From Cyanidioschyzon merolae (lineage: Eukaryota): a stretch of DNA of 64,000 nucleotides. The notes below the pieces were generated by a model. It searched no databases and had not been told where the DNA came from. It saw only the letters and a list, made by a program, of their open reading frames with translations. Below are positions 19,123 through 30,600 of this stretch, piece by piece. Location of the stretch: NCBI GenBank assembly GCA_000091205.1, contig AP006491.2, one strand, 5' to 3'. Position 1 is the first letter of the stretch. Every line of letters starts with the position of its first letter. The translations under genes and the position numbers were made by a program.

Positions 19123-22100
19123 TCTACGTGGCACTGAAACAAGCGTCTGCGCAGAAACTGGAGGAGCGGCGCTTTGCTGCTCGCGTAGATCGCAGTCGTC
19201 GCCCCTGAAGGGGCGCAGCGGCCGCGGCGCGGACCCCGCCCAGCGACTGCCAGTGCCGCACCCATGCCGAAGCGACAGCTGCTGGCGCTCGGTTGCACGG
19301 CGCCCTGGACCGGCAACTGCGTGCGCGCATGGCATTGCGTGACAGTCACGAAGTTCCGCAATTGCCGCGGGTACCCGCAACTGTTTCCGTTTGCGTGCGA
19401 GCACGTTTCCACGCAGACCAGCGATCCGCGGTTGTGCGACGGGTATCAGCGCGCAGTGAAGCATCCGTCGTGCCACCAACATCCAAGCACCATCGACCGT
19501 ACGTGATCTCGGGAGGCGCTGTTGCCTAGCCTCGCAGTTTCTCGGCCGTGTCCGAATACTATAGAACGAGTCCAGTTTTGCTAACTCGGGCGTCAACATG
19601 AGAATTTCGTGACGCTTCGCACTCTCGAGAGTACGAACGTTTGCGGGATTCTGATACGACTGCTTCCTTTGCCCCTCTATTATTCGAGGCTGTCGATGCG
19701 TCTGTCTCTGCTTTCCCTCCAGTCCCGTTATCACCACCTGAACGATAGGCATGACAGCGTTCACGTTCCGTCGTCGCTGCGTTCGGCTGTTTTCTAAGCA
19801 TTTCATGCACAGAAGAAAGTTGATGTCTACGCTTCAAGTGCGATTTTCACCTTATTTGGGTTCGGCCTCGTCGCGTCCTTCGCAGAAGGTAGACCTGGGT
19901 GCGGTCAGATATTCGCATTCGGTCGTCGAACGCTGCTCGTCCAAGGGTCGCCCTGCGCCACGTGAACGCTCACTTCACTTGAAGCGATCGCAGCGATGAC
20001 TCGAGTCCGAGCCGAGGACGTTTTCCATAAAAACGCAACTGACGGGAGCCTCGGGGAGCATACCTCATGAGCGTGCAATCATAGTGCTGGTGTCGCGTGC
20101 AGCTTCGTCGATGGCAAAAAGACAGCTAGATCCATCTTTGAAACGTAGTCGATTATTTCACAAGTTCAGAGAACTTTTGGGCATAAGCTTGTGATCGAGT
20201 CGTTAGAAAAACGACGTCGCGTTTCCTTCGTCGTCGGTCCAGCGGCGCGAATTGCTGCGCGTGTCAGTTGTGTTGAGAAGGTAAGATCCAAAAATTGAAG
20301 GATGCGTTGGTTTAGCATGCTATTCCTGAGGAAAGGAGATGATTGTAGGATTGTACGTGCGCATTGCAATCCAATATGTGTTGTTTTACGTACCCTTATT
20401 CGACGGCGCCGCAAATCAAATTGATTCCGATGACGTAACGGATCCATGGTGTACTGAGTCGAAGGGGCAACTCAGAAAACACGACCGAGACTCCTGAAAC
20501 CACTCATAGATTTGCAACTTGTTATCGCCGTATCTGGAATGTCCAAAATGTATATCTGAAAAATTCGAAACAAATCGCTGTGCAGGAACAAATCGACGAG
20601 TACAGTGTTCCATTTGAGCATCGACGGTTCGTAGAGCAGGCGCTTATGCGGCAACCGACGCGGTGTGCAACGCTTGTCGCAGCGAGAAGCCGCTCGCCCA
20701 TACGGGGCGTGCTCCGGTGCCGCACCAACGCGTCCGTGCCAACGGACAGGCCACAGTCCCACTGGGCTTTCCGCTCCAAAGTCGCAGCGTGCGTGGCTAG
20801 TGTCGAACGCTCTCCGAGGCGCATCCGGGGCAGTCAGAGCTGGCAATCGGGTGTGCTGCGACATTTTCGTATCGCTTGCCGCTGGGTTATCGCAAGCGCC
20901 TCGCGGTGTCAAAGACATGTGCGTACTGCGCACTGCATGCCTGAGGAGCGCGCAACCCCTGCCAGCCTGGACCTAGTGGTTGCATTCCGTATTGGCCGAG
21001 GCTCTGTTCGCGAGAGCAAAGCACGTGTGCGCCCATGGCTCGATAACCTATTGCTTTTCACACTATTGCATTCCGTGAGAGCCGTGTTCGAAATGGTTGT
21101 GGATAGAAGTTCTTGCTGAACGCGTCCAGAACTTCGCTGCGAACAGAGACTCATTTTATCCAAAGGCGGGCATGCAGTGTACTTTTGGCGCCGATGAAGA
21201 CCCCACACACATGCCACGAATGAAAAAGGTCACTGAGCGTAAACAAAAATCGTCACTTGTTTCCATTCACGATCAAGACTCGGAGGGCGTCGCCATCTGG
21301 ACAGCCCAGTTTGGTGCATCGGAGAAACGCTTCAGCATTCGTCCCGTCTACCAGCTCGGGGCGTTGTCCAGTCTCGAAACCAAATCCATGAACAACGATG
21401 GCGTTGCTGAGCGCTCACGAGACAATATCCGGAGGCGCCATTGACGTCCCATGGAGCAGCGCGCGCATTACCTGGAGTGTGCGGCAGCGCATTGAGTGGT
21501 GCGCACGTCTTCGAGCAACTGGCTCGGCCAAAGCATGTTTCTTGATCGGCGGCGTCGGCGTCGATAAGCTGTCTGCCGCTGCCCGCGGCGATATATCGCG
21601 AAACCCGAATGGAGCTCAGAGCGCTGCCTCTCGCATTACAGTACAGACGACCGAAGCACATCGGGCACAGGTCGAGCACATCCCCAAGCGATGAAGCATC
21701 GCGTCCTCCATCGTCGAGAACGCGTCGGAATAACCCTCAAACCAGAACTCGGATCCACGCTCACGAGAATCCAATCGATCGCGCTGGACTTGTGGTCTGC
21801 GAAGTAGTACCTGCAGTCGCTCACCGTGAATAACTCCAATGCACCATTTGGATGTCATGACAATACAGTCCAAAAAGAACATGTGCTGCATCGGTCCATA
21901 CGCTAGCGCGATCAGCCTGGGTGCCTCACTCAGGTCGATGAGATGGAATGACCGATGCGTAGCACATGTATGGGCATCCACGAAAGCTCGCTCCATATCA
22001 GTGAGAACACTGGATCCCAGAAAATGAACGCGATGATCAGTCGGCGGTAGCGCAGTTCCCGGCAAGCACAGCGCCACGATGCGTAGCGATCGCGTTGCCC

Positions 22101-22201
22101 CACCAGGAACGGAACCCTGAGACCTGCCAGGAGGCGCGAGTAGAACACCTTTCGTTTAGACCTAAGACTGCCTGGCGCAGCGTTCACAACCGAACGCGCT
22201 T

Positions 22202-23995
22202 CTAGATGTTGATGTTGAACGACACACCAAGGTTCCCGGGCCCGACTCCGCTCGTGAACCCGTTCGGGCCCAGCAGACCCGCCTGCTCATCGGGTACCAT
22301 GCTCAGCTGGACCTGCGTCCGGCCCTGCTGATGCAGCAGCGACATGTTCACATTCGTATCCGGAGGCCGGTACGCCAGCCCAATGTTCCAGTTGCCGAGC
22401 GCACCACCATACTGCTGCTGCTGAACCGCCTGCAGCTGCGCCTGCTGCAGCTGCATGTACTGCATTGCCTGACGCTGCTGCTCAGCCGCCTGGATCTGCA
22501 CGTGAATAAGCTGCTTCCGCCGTGCAGAGATCTCCGCCATGGTCTGCTGCAGGTCGCTACGCTCATTCGCATAGGACCAGTCGGATCCGGGCCGCACGCT
22601 CTCCTCCGCCTCGCGCTGGAAAAGCGCATCCGCTGTGTAGAACGCAAAGTCGCCAGGAATCTCCTCAGATGAAGACGCAGTCTTAAAGTGCTGCAGCGCG
22701 TTCTCCCGAACTATCTGCAGCTGCTTCAGGAACAGCGACTGCAACGACGCATCGAGCACAGTCTCGAGCTCCGCCAGTTTCCGCTCGCGCACTTCAGTTC
22801 CCGCATACGCCTCCGTAGCCGATTCAAAGCCACTCAGGTACTTTTGCAGAAGCTCCTCCGCCCGGCGTCCAAAACCACTGATCTTCTCGCCCTCGTCCAG
22901 TTGACTCGCAAGCTCCCCGAGCTCCTCGGCGCTGTTCCGAAGCGCCTCGGAGAAAGCGGCATCGCAGTGATACGCTGCAGCCAGTGCCTCTGGCGTGAGC
23001 GCTTCCCCAGCGGCTCCTTCATCCGCCGCCGCCGCCGCCGCCGCCGTAGCGACACGCATGGCCAGCGGCTTCGCAGCACGCATCGCCCCAGCGGGCTGTG
23101 CACGAATGCCCTCCCAGAGGCGTCGACTGAAGGCACCGAATCCATCCGCAGGCAGACCCTTGCTGTATTGCGAGGACAGCAGGCCGCCATCGCCACTGCC
23201 ACTGCCACTGCCGTCTAGGAGGTCCCGCCGCAGACGCTGCACAGCGGCGTCGTAGGCTGAACGCGACGTGCGCGGCGACGGCAGCAGAGCTACGCGCAGC
23301 TCGAGGGCAGCGCGCAGCGCCTCCACCGAGTGACTCGCTGCTGTCGGTGCTGATGCTGCTCCGTCGCCGATTTCGCGCTGCCAGTGCTCCTCGGCGTCCA
23401 GCCAGAGAGACTCCGCGATCAACGATGCAGTGCTCTCGGTGGTATCCGCGTCCGCGCCCGTATCCGCGTCTGCGTCGCGCACCACGAACACAACGCAGGT
23501 GCGCAGGAGAGGGCCCTCCGCGTGAGCCAACTCGCGCACGATCGTGCTCAAGTACCACTGTGGGTCTGCGTCGTAGCGTCCCAGGTCGTGGTACCAGACG
23601 TTGCACAGAACAACATCGGACACACTGGACACGTAGCGGAGGCAGCGCTCCTGCAGCTGCTGCCCCGTCGCACCTCCGTCCCCGCCGTCGATCTCCAGCA
23701 CCAGAAGCGTCTCCTGGTTTGCTGCCAGTGCTGCAGAGACGCCGCGGGTCTTCCAGCGCCGACGCTCAGTCGCCCGCGCGTGCGACACCGCGAAACGCGT
23801 CCCGAAAATGTCATTCAAGAGACTCGACTTGCCTGATAGCGGGCTCCCGATGCACCCGACGACACGATAGCATTCAGCGCCGACATCGAGCTCGCTTGGG
23901 AACCAGGGCGTGCGCTCCAGCATCACGCCATGTTCATCAATGATCTGCAGCACGCCCGCTGGCGCACTGGCAGATTGCGCTGTTCCGTTGCTCAT
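22202..23995 (-). CDS. RHD3/Sey1 (atlastin-like) dynamin-family GTPase, 597 aa. The C-terminus is Gln-rich with no obvious transmembrane hairpin.
   Basis: GCIGSPLSGKSSLLNDIFGTRF (P-loop), VLCNVWYHDLGR and FVVRD match the RHD3/Sey1 GTPase motifs GPQSSGKSTLLN / VLINMWCHDIGR. The C-terminus QQAQLQAVQQQQ... has no hydrophobic segment. Confidence 0.75.
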   Translation of the reverse strand: MSNGTAQSASAPAGVLQIIDEHGVMLERTPWFPSELDVGAECYRVVGCIGSPLSGKSSLLNDIFGTRFAVSHARATERRRWKTRGVSAALAANQETLLVLEIDGGDGGATGQQLQERCLRYVSSVSDVVLCNVWYHDLGRYDADPQWYLSTIVRELAHAEGPLLRTCVVFVVRDADADTGADADTTESTASLIAESLWLDAEEHWQREIGDGAASAPTAASHSVEALRAALELRVALLPSPRTSRSAYDAAVQRLRRDLLDGSGSGSGDGGLLSSQYSKGLPADGFGAFSRRLWEGIRAQPAGAMRAAKPLAMRVATAAAAAAADEGAAGEALTPEALAAAYHCDAAFSEALRNSAEELGELASQLDEGEKISGFGRRAEELLQKYLSGFESATEAYAGTEVRERKLAELETVLDASLQSLFLKQLQIVRENALQHFKTASSSEEIPGDFAFYTADALFQREAEESVRPGSDWSYANERSDLQQTMAEISARRKQLIHVQIQAAEQQRQAMQYMQLQQAQLQAVQQQQYGGALGNWNIGLAYRPPDTNVNMSLLHQQGRTQVQLSMVPDEQAGLLGPNGFTSGVGPGNLGVSFNINI

Positions 23996-25596
23996 GGGCA
24001 GTGTTCAATGCTTCGCTGAAGGCACCTGGTGTCCCCACAGTTCAGCTCTGTACCGTATGAGGCTTTGTAAAGACTTGACTCCGATCCACTGTAAAGTGTA
24101 TTCGGTTGGGTTCCGGGCGCAGCACTGCGTGGAACGCCGTCCGCGTTTCCAGCTGTGTACGCGTGTCTAGCTACAAGAGCGCTGCTCGCCACGGTAGTGA
24201 CTCCGGTTAGGCGCGAGGTGACAGCACGTGCGCACGTTTGGTATTATTTGGGCAGAGTTCCCGTCAGCAGGCTGCTGTGCCTTTAGGGCTGGGCCTTCTG
24301 GCTGCGCTGCACACCCAACAGGAAGCTGAACTGCCGCAGTGCGCTCGAGTACGCCTAGGTCGTTGCGGTGCGCGCCGGCGTGTGCTGCTCGCGCTCAGGG
24401 TAGTTGCCGTAGACCGCGCTGGAAACCAACTAGGCACGCGCCTCGCCGTCCTTCTACTCGCAGGGGCCTCCTACCGCACTGCGCTTCTCGCTCGCGCTGC
24501 AGACTCGGGTAGGCTTCCGCGGCGCCGTGCTCAGGATGCGCACAGGCTATGAAACCTTGGTGCCTGAGAGCACGAACCTGTCTCCAGATGCGGTTGGGGC
24601 TCACCGGCTCAACGCGCTGGTGCTTTCCTCTCTTGTGGGTGCGCGCACGCGTAACTGGTCAATAGTGCTCGCAAGGCGTGTTGGTATGCAGCCCCTTCAA
24701 ACTCCCCGTTTCACCAGGCAGAGACTCGGACTCGCTCACGCGTTTATGATCTGCGTACCACGGGCAAAGCGTCGAGTTGCACGCGCACCTAGCGCTCGAA
24801 GCTATCTATAAGAAAAGAATGTTCACGACACGGCGCGACGCTAACGGCGACGTCCTGCAGCCTGGATTCGTCTGCGCGCAGCCAGCGGTCATTTGGCGAC
24901 GGCGGGGCGGGCGACGCGGCGGCTGCGCGCTGGTGCAGCGCCCTGCTGGTGTCCGTATTGTCGCAGAGCGCAATCGCCGCACCAGCGCAAGGCGCGCGCA
25001 TCCCAGCGGCAGTGCACGCCATCACTCAGGCAGGCAACCTGGCGCATCGTGCAGCGCACCCAGCGGCAGCGCACGTCTGTTGCCCATCCAGCTCGCTGAG
25101 CCTGGGAACGGCCAGGCCGCACGCCGGACGCTTCGGGCGCGCGCCTCTCGCGATTCGCACGAGCGTTCCGTTTCGACGCGAGACGTCGACACTCGCGTCA
25201 GCACACGGTGAATTCCGCGTACTGGACAGCATAAGGAGACGCTCGCTCTCGCTTGCTGGAGCCGTGTGCAGCGCACAAGTTGCGCAGCAGAAGAGCTGCC
25301 TTGTACAGACCGAGACAGTATCCGACACGTCGAGCAAGCCACAGAGCTGTCGGAAATACACAACGAGGAAGCAGTGTCGCGAGCTGTTATAGCGCTACAC
25401 CTGACACGTCGAGCCTTGGGGGTGCTACGACCTGCACGAGGGCAACGACGGCGCACGGCATAACAAGCACGGGTAGACGCGTGCTGGGCACGTTCGGCTT
25501 GCTGCGACGCTGGTAGGAACCGAACGGGGTGCTCGTACTCGCACCGCTCGCCACTCAGGGTCGCGATCGACACGAGAAGCGCCCACAGGGGAAACG

Positions 25597-26850
25597 ATGG
25601 CACCACGAGCGCTGGACGCATCGTCGGTGATCTCGGAACCGCTGACACCGCCGCTGACGGGCCGCGCCGCACGAGACCGGGACGCGCTCTTTGGAGCAAG
25701 CGCGGGCACTGCGCCTAACCCTGCGCCTGTGTCGAGGCGCAAGCAACCAGTCGCTGGTGCGGAGAAGCGCCCGCGGCCCGGCCGACCGTTGAACGGAGCC
25801 GCTGATGCGGCCGTTCGCGGGCTGGAAGTCGCAGGGGAAGCGGCTCCACCTTCCACATTCGCAGCAAGCACCAGTGCGCCGGACGCCGAGCTGTTGCAGA
25901 GCCGCCAAACTCAGGTTGAGCAGCTGCGGCGCCAGGCTACGGACGCTGCGCTGCGGGGGCGTCAGTCATCGCGCCGGGCGCTGCAGCTTGCACGAGAGGC
26001 GCGAGCGATAGGCGTCGACGTTACCATGAGGCTGGGCGAGCAGGACGAACAGCTGGATCGCGTGCAAAACGATCTGGACGAGATTCACGGCCACCTGACG
26101 CACAGCGACGAAATCATTCACGACATGCAGAGTTTCTGGAAGAAGATGTGGCCTTGGGCGCGCGATCGGAATCGGCGGCACGAGCGCTACGCCCCGGTGC
26201 TGGGGGCAGACGGGCCCTCGACGTCAGCGACGCGGCACGAGATTGCATGCCTGCAGCGCCAGCGCGAGGCGGGGACACTGAACCTGCGGGAACGGCCGCC
26301 AGCTGCTTGCTCGTCTGAGCGTTCGGCGGATGAAGCGCGAGCAGCTGACGATGCGCAGGTCGGGTCATCGCCAGGGTCGGTACCGGCGCACGCGCTTCTA
26401 CAGGACGCGGTGGATGGCGAGGCGGCGTCGCTCGATGGCGACAGCGAGCGTCGGCGGGGTCTGCTCTCGTCGCTGCGGCGCGTAACGCGGCGGGTACGCG
26501 GCGTCGACGAGCCCGAGGACCGTGTGCGGCGCGAGCGGGCTGCGCTGCTCGCAGAGGGTACCGCTCCGACGGCTGCTGCTGGTGCTGCGGCAGCGTCGCC
26601 TGCGGACGCAACCGAATGCGCGGATGCGTCTGCGCAGGCCTCGGCGGCGCCGTGGGAAGAGCACGTTCAGGCACAGGATCGGGACCTCGACGAGCTGAGC
26701 GTTGTGGTGTCGGACCTGCGGACGCTTGCAGTTGGCATCGGAGAGCAGGTGCGCCACCAGAGCACCAAGATCGACGTGATTTCGAAGGACGTGGACTATG
26801 GGCGCGAGCGCATCCACGAGAATAACCGTCGCATTCGACGCATGCTCTAG
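25597..26850 (+). CDS. SNAP-25-like Qbc-SNARE: two SNARE motifs and no C-terminal transmembrane segment.
   Basis: First heptad-repeat SNARE motif VEQLRRQATDAALRGRQSSRRALQLAREARAIGVDVTMRLGEQDEQLDRVQNDLDEIHGHL. Second at the C-terminus QDRDLDELSVVVSDLRTLAVGIGEQVRHQSTKIDVISKDVDYGRERIHENNRRIRRML. Confidence 0.6.
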   Translation: MAPRALDASSVISEPLTPPLTGRAARDRDALFGASAGTAPNPAPVSRRKQPVAGAEKRPRPGRPLNGAADAAVRGLEVAGEAAPPSTFAASTSAPDAELLQSRQTQVEQLRRQATDAALRGRQSSRRALQLAREARAIGVDVTMRLGEQDEQLDRVQNDLDEIHGHLTHSDEIIHDMQSFWKKMWPWARDRNRRHERYAPVLGADGPSTSATRHEIACLQRQREAGTLNLRERPPAACSSERSADEARAADDAQVGSSPGSVPAHALLQDAVDGEAASLDGDSERRRGLLSSLRRVTRRVRGVDEPEDRVRRERAALLAEGTAPTAAAGAAAASPADATECADASAQASAAPWEEHVQAQDRDLDELSVVVSDLRTLAVGIGEQVRHQSTKIDVISKDVDYGRERIHENNRRIRRML

Positions 26851-27608
26851 AGCTACGGGTGTGGCGGCAGCGAATGCCGCCGCCGCCGCCTGGACGCACG
26901 CACGCATGCAGGTGTCTGTTCGTGTGCGCGGTGCGTGCGATCGAGGCCTGTATGTGAGGCCGGCGAGCGCTGCTGTTGTGTTTGGCGGGAAGCGCGAAGC
27001 GCTGCATGCGCGCAGCGCCTCATCGATCTCATCGAACGATGGACAGGCGCGCTTGCGCACTGTACGCCAATGCGGGAGATGGAGGATGAGCGGTGAGGCC
27101 AGGGGCGCCTCGGTGTCTTCGGGGTGCGTCTGGGGTGCAGAGCTGCGAGGCAAGCGGCTGGCGCGTCCAACGCGAGATCGTTGTGTGTCAGTGTCGGGCG
27201 TTTCGTGGCGTGACTTGGCGGTGCTTCAGGGAGTTATCCACGTGCGAGGTATCCGTTGTCGATCGGCGGAGGACGCTGGTTCTGGTTCGCGCTTCTCTCT
27301 GTGCAATACGCCGATGAATCCGAGGTGTCTGCACCGGGATACAACCAGTGCCTGCAACATCCACGAATACGAATACATCGCTCGCGACGCCTGTCGTCGT
27401 CAACAAGCACTCGAGCCACTGCCTGTATCCACTGCGGACATCATCGTCAATCGCCTGCGATGGGCACGTTCACGTTGCGTGAAAGCGCACCCGAGGTTGT
27501 ACAGCGCTCGCGACTGCGCATGCCAGTGGTAAGCGCAAGCACTCATTGGTGATCACGACCAGGCCTGGTCTCGTCGGTTCCCTTCTTCGGCATTCGTTTC
27601 TTTACCAT

Positions 27609-30600
27609 TCAGGAGAGATCAAACGAATTTTGTCCTTCTCGTATCGTATACAGTAAACGATCCAAAAGTATCTCGAAAGAGCTATATTCGGGTAGCTTGA
27701 CGTAGTTGGTGCAGGTCATGACCGTGGGCAGACACTCGTCCGGCGTCAGGCCTGCTTCGGGGGTACGTTTCACCACAGTCATTGGTGGCAGGAGGGCGTG
27801 GAATCCACCCATTGGCAGACGCGGTGAACCAGTGGCGAAGAGCAGGAAATGACGACGGTCGTCCTCGTTGAGGCTGCACAAAGCACGTACAAAGTTCCGT
27901 GCCGCCACATTTTCGCTCGTATATCCGTGGTCGAAACGCAGCGCAGACAGCAGCTCCTGTTCCGTCCACGGATGCAAGTCGGGTCCACAGAGCACCACAT
28001 TGACTTCTTCGTTCGGGTTGAAGATACCCAACAGCGCCCAAATCGAGCAGATGCTCTGGAACCCTTCGAGAAACGCGTAAGCTGGTCGTGCCGCACAATC
28101 AAAGAGCACGTGCTCTTTGACTTGTCTAACGTAGTCTGCAAGATTATCCTTCGACACCGTCATAGAGCGTCCCCGAGGCCGCATTTCAATATGCGGTTGC
28201 CCAGGCAACGTCCAGTCGAGGCAGAGCGCGGCGATATCGCATGCATCGGCGTCGCGCATGCATGCAATCGAGTGCAGGGAGCGTGCGAGTTCCGCATCCA
28301 CTTCTCCGAGTCGGCGGAGCGAAAAATCGAGGCGCTTCTTTGCGGCTCGGAATATAGCTCTATGCCCGTTCAGTCCTTCAGAAACGAGGAACCGCGCCTC
28401 TGCTAGCGCCCGCACCAACCGCCAAAACGCTGGGGAGAAGCGCAAATCCAAAAGGCGCCCGTCTAAGAACGCCTTGGCACAAAAGCGACCAATGAACTGG
28501 AAACGCTGCAGGCGCTCCTGGACGGGGGCTCCGCGCTCTCTGGGACCGATCGGTGCGGGATATAGGCCAGCGCCCGCGGAGACAACATAGCAAAGTCGCT
28601 CACGCAGCTCAGGTGGAAGCGCCTTGCCCGAACGGAGCAAGCGCTCCCTTTCGGCGGCCTTCGACGAGTCCTCCCACCAGAGTTTCAGATCCACGCGCTG
28701 CAGCTCCCGGGAGACCATGGAATAGAATTCTAGCGTTGGACCCAAACCCGTTCCTGCTTCATTAAAGTATTCAACTTCAATTAGCGCTTTCTGGTCGGCA
28801 AAGTTCTCCATAATCAGTTCGGCAGACTCGAGCAGACGTGCCCGGTGCACACGCACTTTCTGGCGCTGAATACGCCCGATACGGGCCTCTTGCTCAGCAC
28901 CCGATGTGTGCGCTCCCAGGTCCGAGCGGCCCGTCGATGAACTCGCAGTGGCATGCTGCTGCCGTTGCGTGTCAGCACGCGTCTGCACCGCGCTCAACGC
29001 TCGAGCAATCCCAAAGCTGGATACTTGCACGAGCAGCCGTCGCGTCTGCAGCGAGAACAGCCCCGGACAGACACGCGGTACAATGAAACACCATGGCGGG
29101 AGCGCGGCTGCTGCTACCGCCAGTGGATCACTAAGCTGGGCGCCCAGCTTGTTCTCTAAGCTGGACGAGGCGAAAATATCTGCTTCTGGCACGAGCGGGT
29201 CATCGGCAGGCGGCCAGTGCACATTGTGGCTCCAGGCGGCGTCCAAGGTCGAACCGCTCTGGGTACGCGAAGCCTGGATCCAGGCGTGCAGTTCGGCATG
29301 GTGGTTATTCATCCAGTACAGCTTACCTAGGAGTGAGAGATACGAGCTCACATCCTGCGCTACGGTAACCTCATTCAAATGAAAGCTCCGTGGTACTTGG
29401 AACTGTAATTCTGCCACTTGGACGAGCTCGAATTCCGCAAAAGGCCCCTCAAACTGGTGCCCGCCAGGCTTACCGTCTCCGTTGGAGATTGGCTGGCTCG
29501 AGACCTGCCCCATTCGTGATGACTGGCAATCTGCATACGTGAGTGCATGGGTTTCGGACCAGAGACGAGGGCCCAGTGCTTGTCCCCCGAGTGTGGTTAC
29601 GAGCGCGTGCAAGATTGTCTCCTGCGGAAGTAGCGTGTGTCCTCGAATACATAGAGAGAGTCTGGCTCGCCGGCGTTCCCCGTCGCGCTTCAGCCTGATG
29701 CCTCTCGAACGACGACCGCGGTCGATTTCCGAGCTAGGACATGGTGCGCCTGCACAGCGCCCAGCTCGTGCTGCATACGTTTCTGAAGCTGAGCGCCTCG
29801 AGTCGCGCCCGCTGTGCTCCTGTTCGCGCACAGGGCTCCCAGTCCCAGATACCTCGTCCGAGAATTCAATATCTACCGCCGGTAATGAACCGGAGAGGTT
29901 TGGATTTTCCAGACCATGCTCCGGACCAAGTTCATCAAAAGTCTCACCGAGATCGGAAAACTCGTCTGAGTCCTCCTCAGAGCCTGATGCGGTTTCTTCG
30001 GCTGCAGCTAATGCCGTTTCACCTGCGAGCGACGGGCGGGAACCAGCCTGTCGGCGACGGGTGCGATGCTCACCGGGTTCGTCCGACTCGACGGAGCCGC
30101 TCAACGCATCCTCATCAAAGAAGATCGCATGCTCGTCGTCGCTGGTGTCCGCTGTGGACTCCGTTGCGACCTCGAACGCTCCACTATCGTCGGAGCCATT
30201 TTCATCAGTTCCGGTCTCGAATACGGGTTCATCGCTTAGCTCATTGAGTTCCGCAGCGTCGCCTGTTACGCGTTCGTACAAAAACTCCTCAATAGTCTGC
30301 GCGGATGCGAGAGGCTCCACGAGCACCAAACTAGCCGGAAAGTCACGTAGCCGCGAGCCACTGCATCCACCTCCGCGCTGGAGCTGCAAGCGGAAAGGCT
30401 GCGATAGTAGACGTATGCCCGCAGATACGCTTCCATTTGCTGCCATATTCCGGACAACCTGGAAGCGCTCCGTATTCGTGAAAATCGCCACCAAACTGCG
30501 CACCAGACGACGCAACGCCCCAGGGGCTCTTATCGCAGCAACCAGGAGGTGACTGTATCGCGTTGCAAGCTCAGACGCAGCGCCCGGCTGAACGGAAAGG

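Noticed and set aside
29482-30552. A 356-aa plus-strand ORF, and many 60-190-aa ORFs on the opposite strand of SMC1, the HECT ligase, RHD3-like, FBPase and others.
   Set aside because: They lie antisense to long genes with strong homology, are Ser/Arg/Ala-rich low complexity, and are expected in ~60% GC DNA. They are treated as non-coding.
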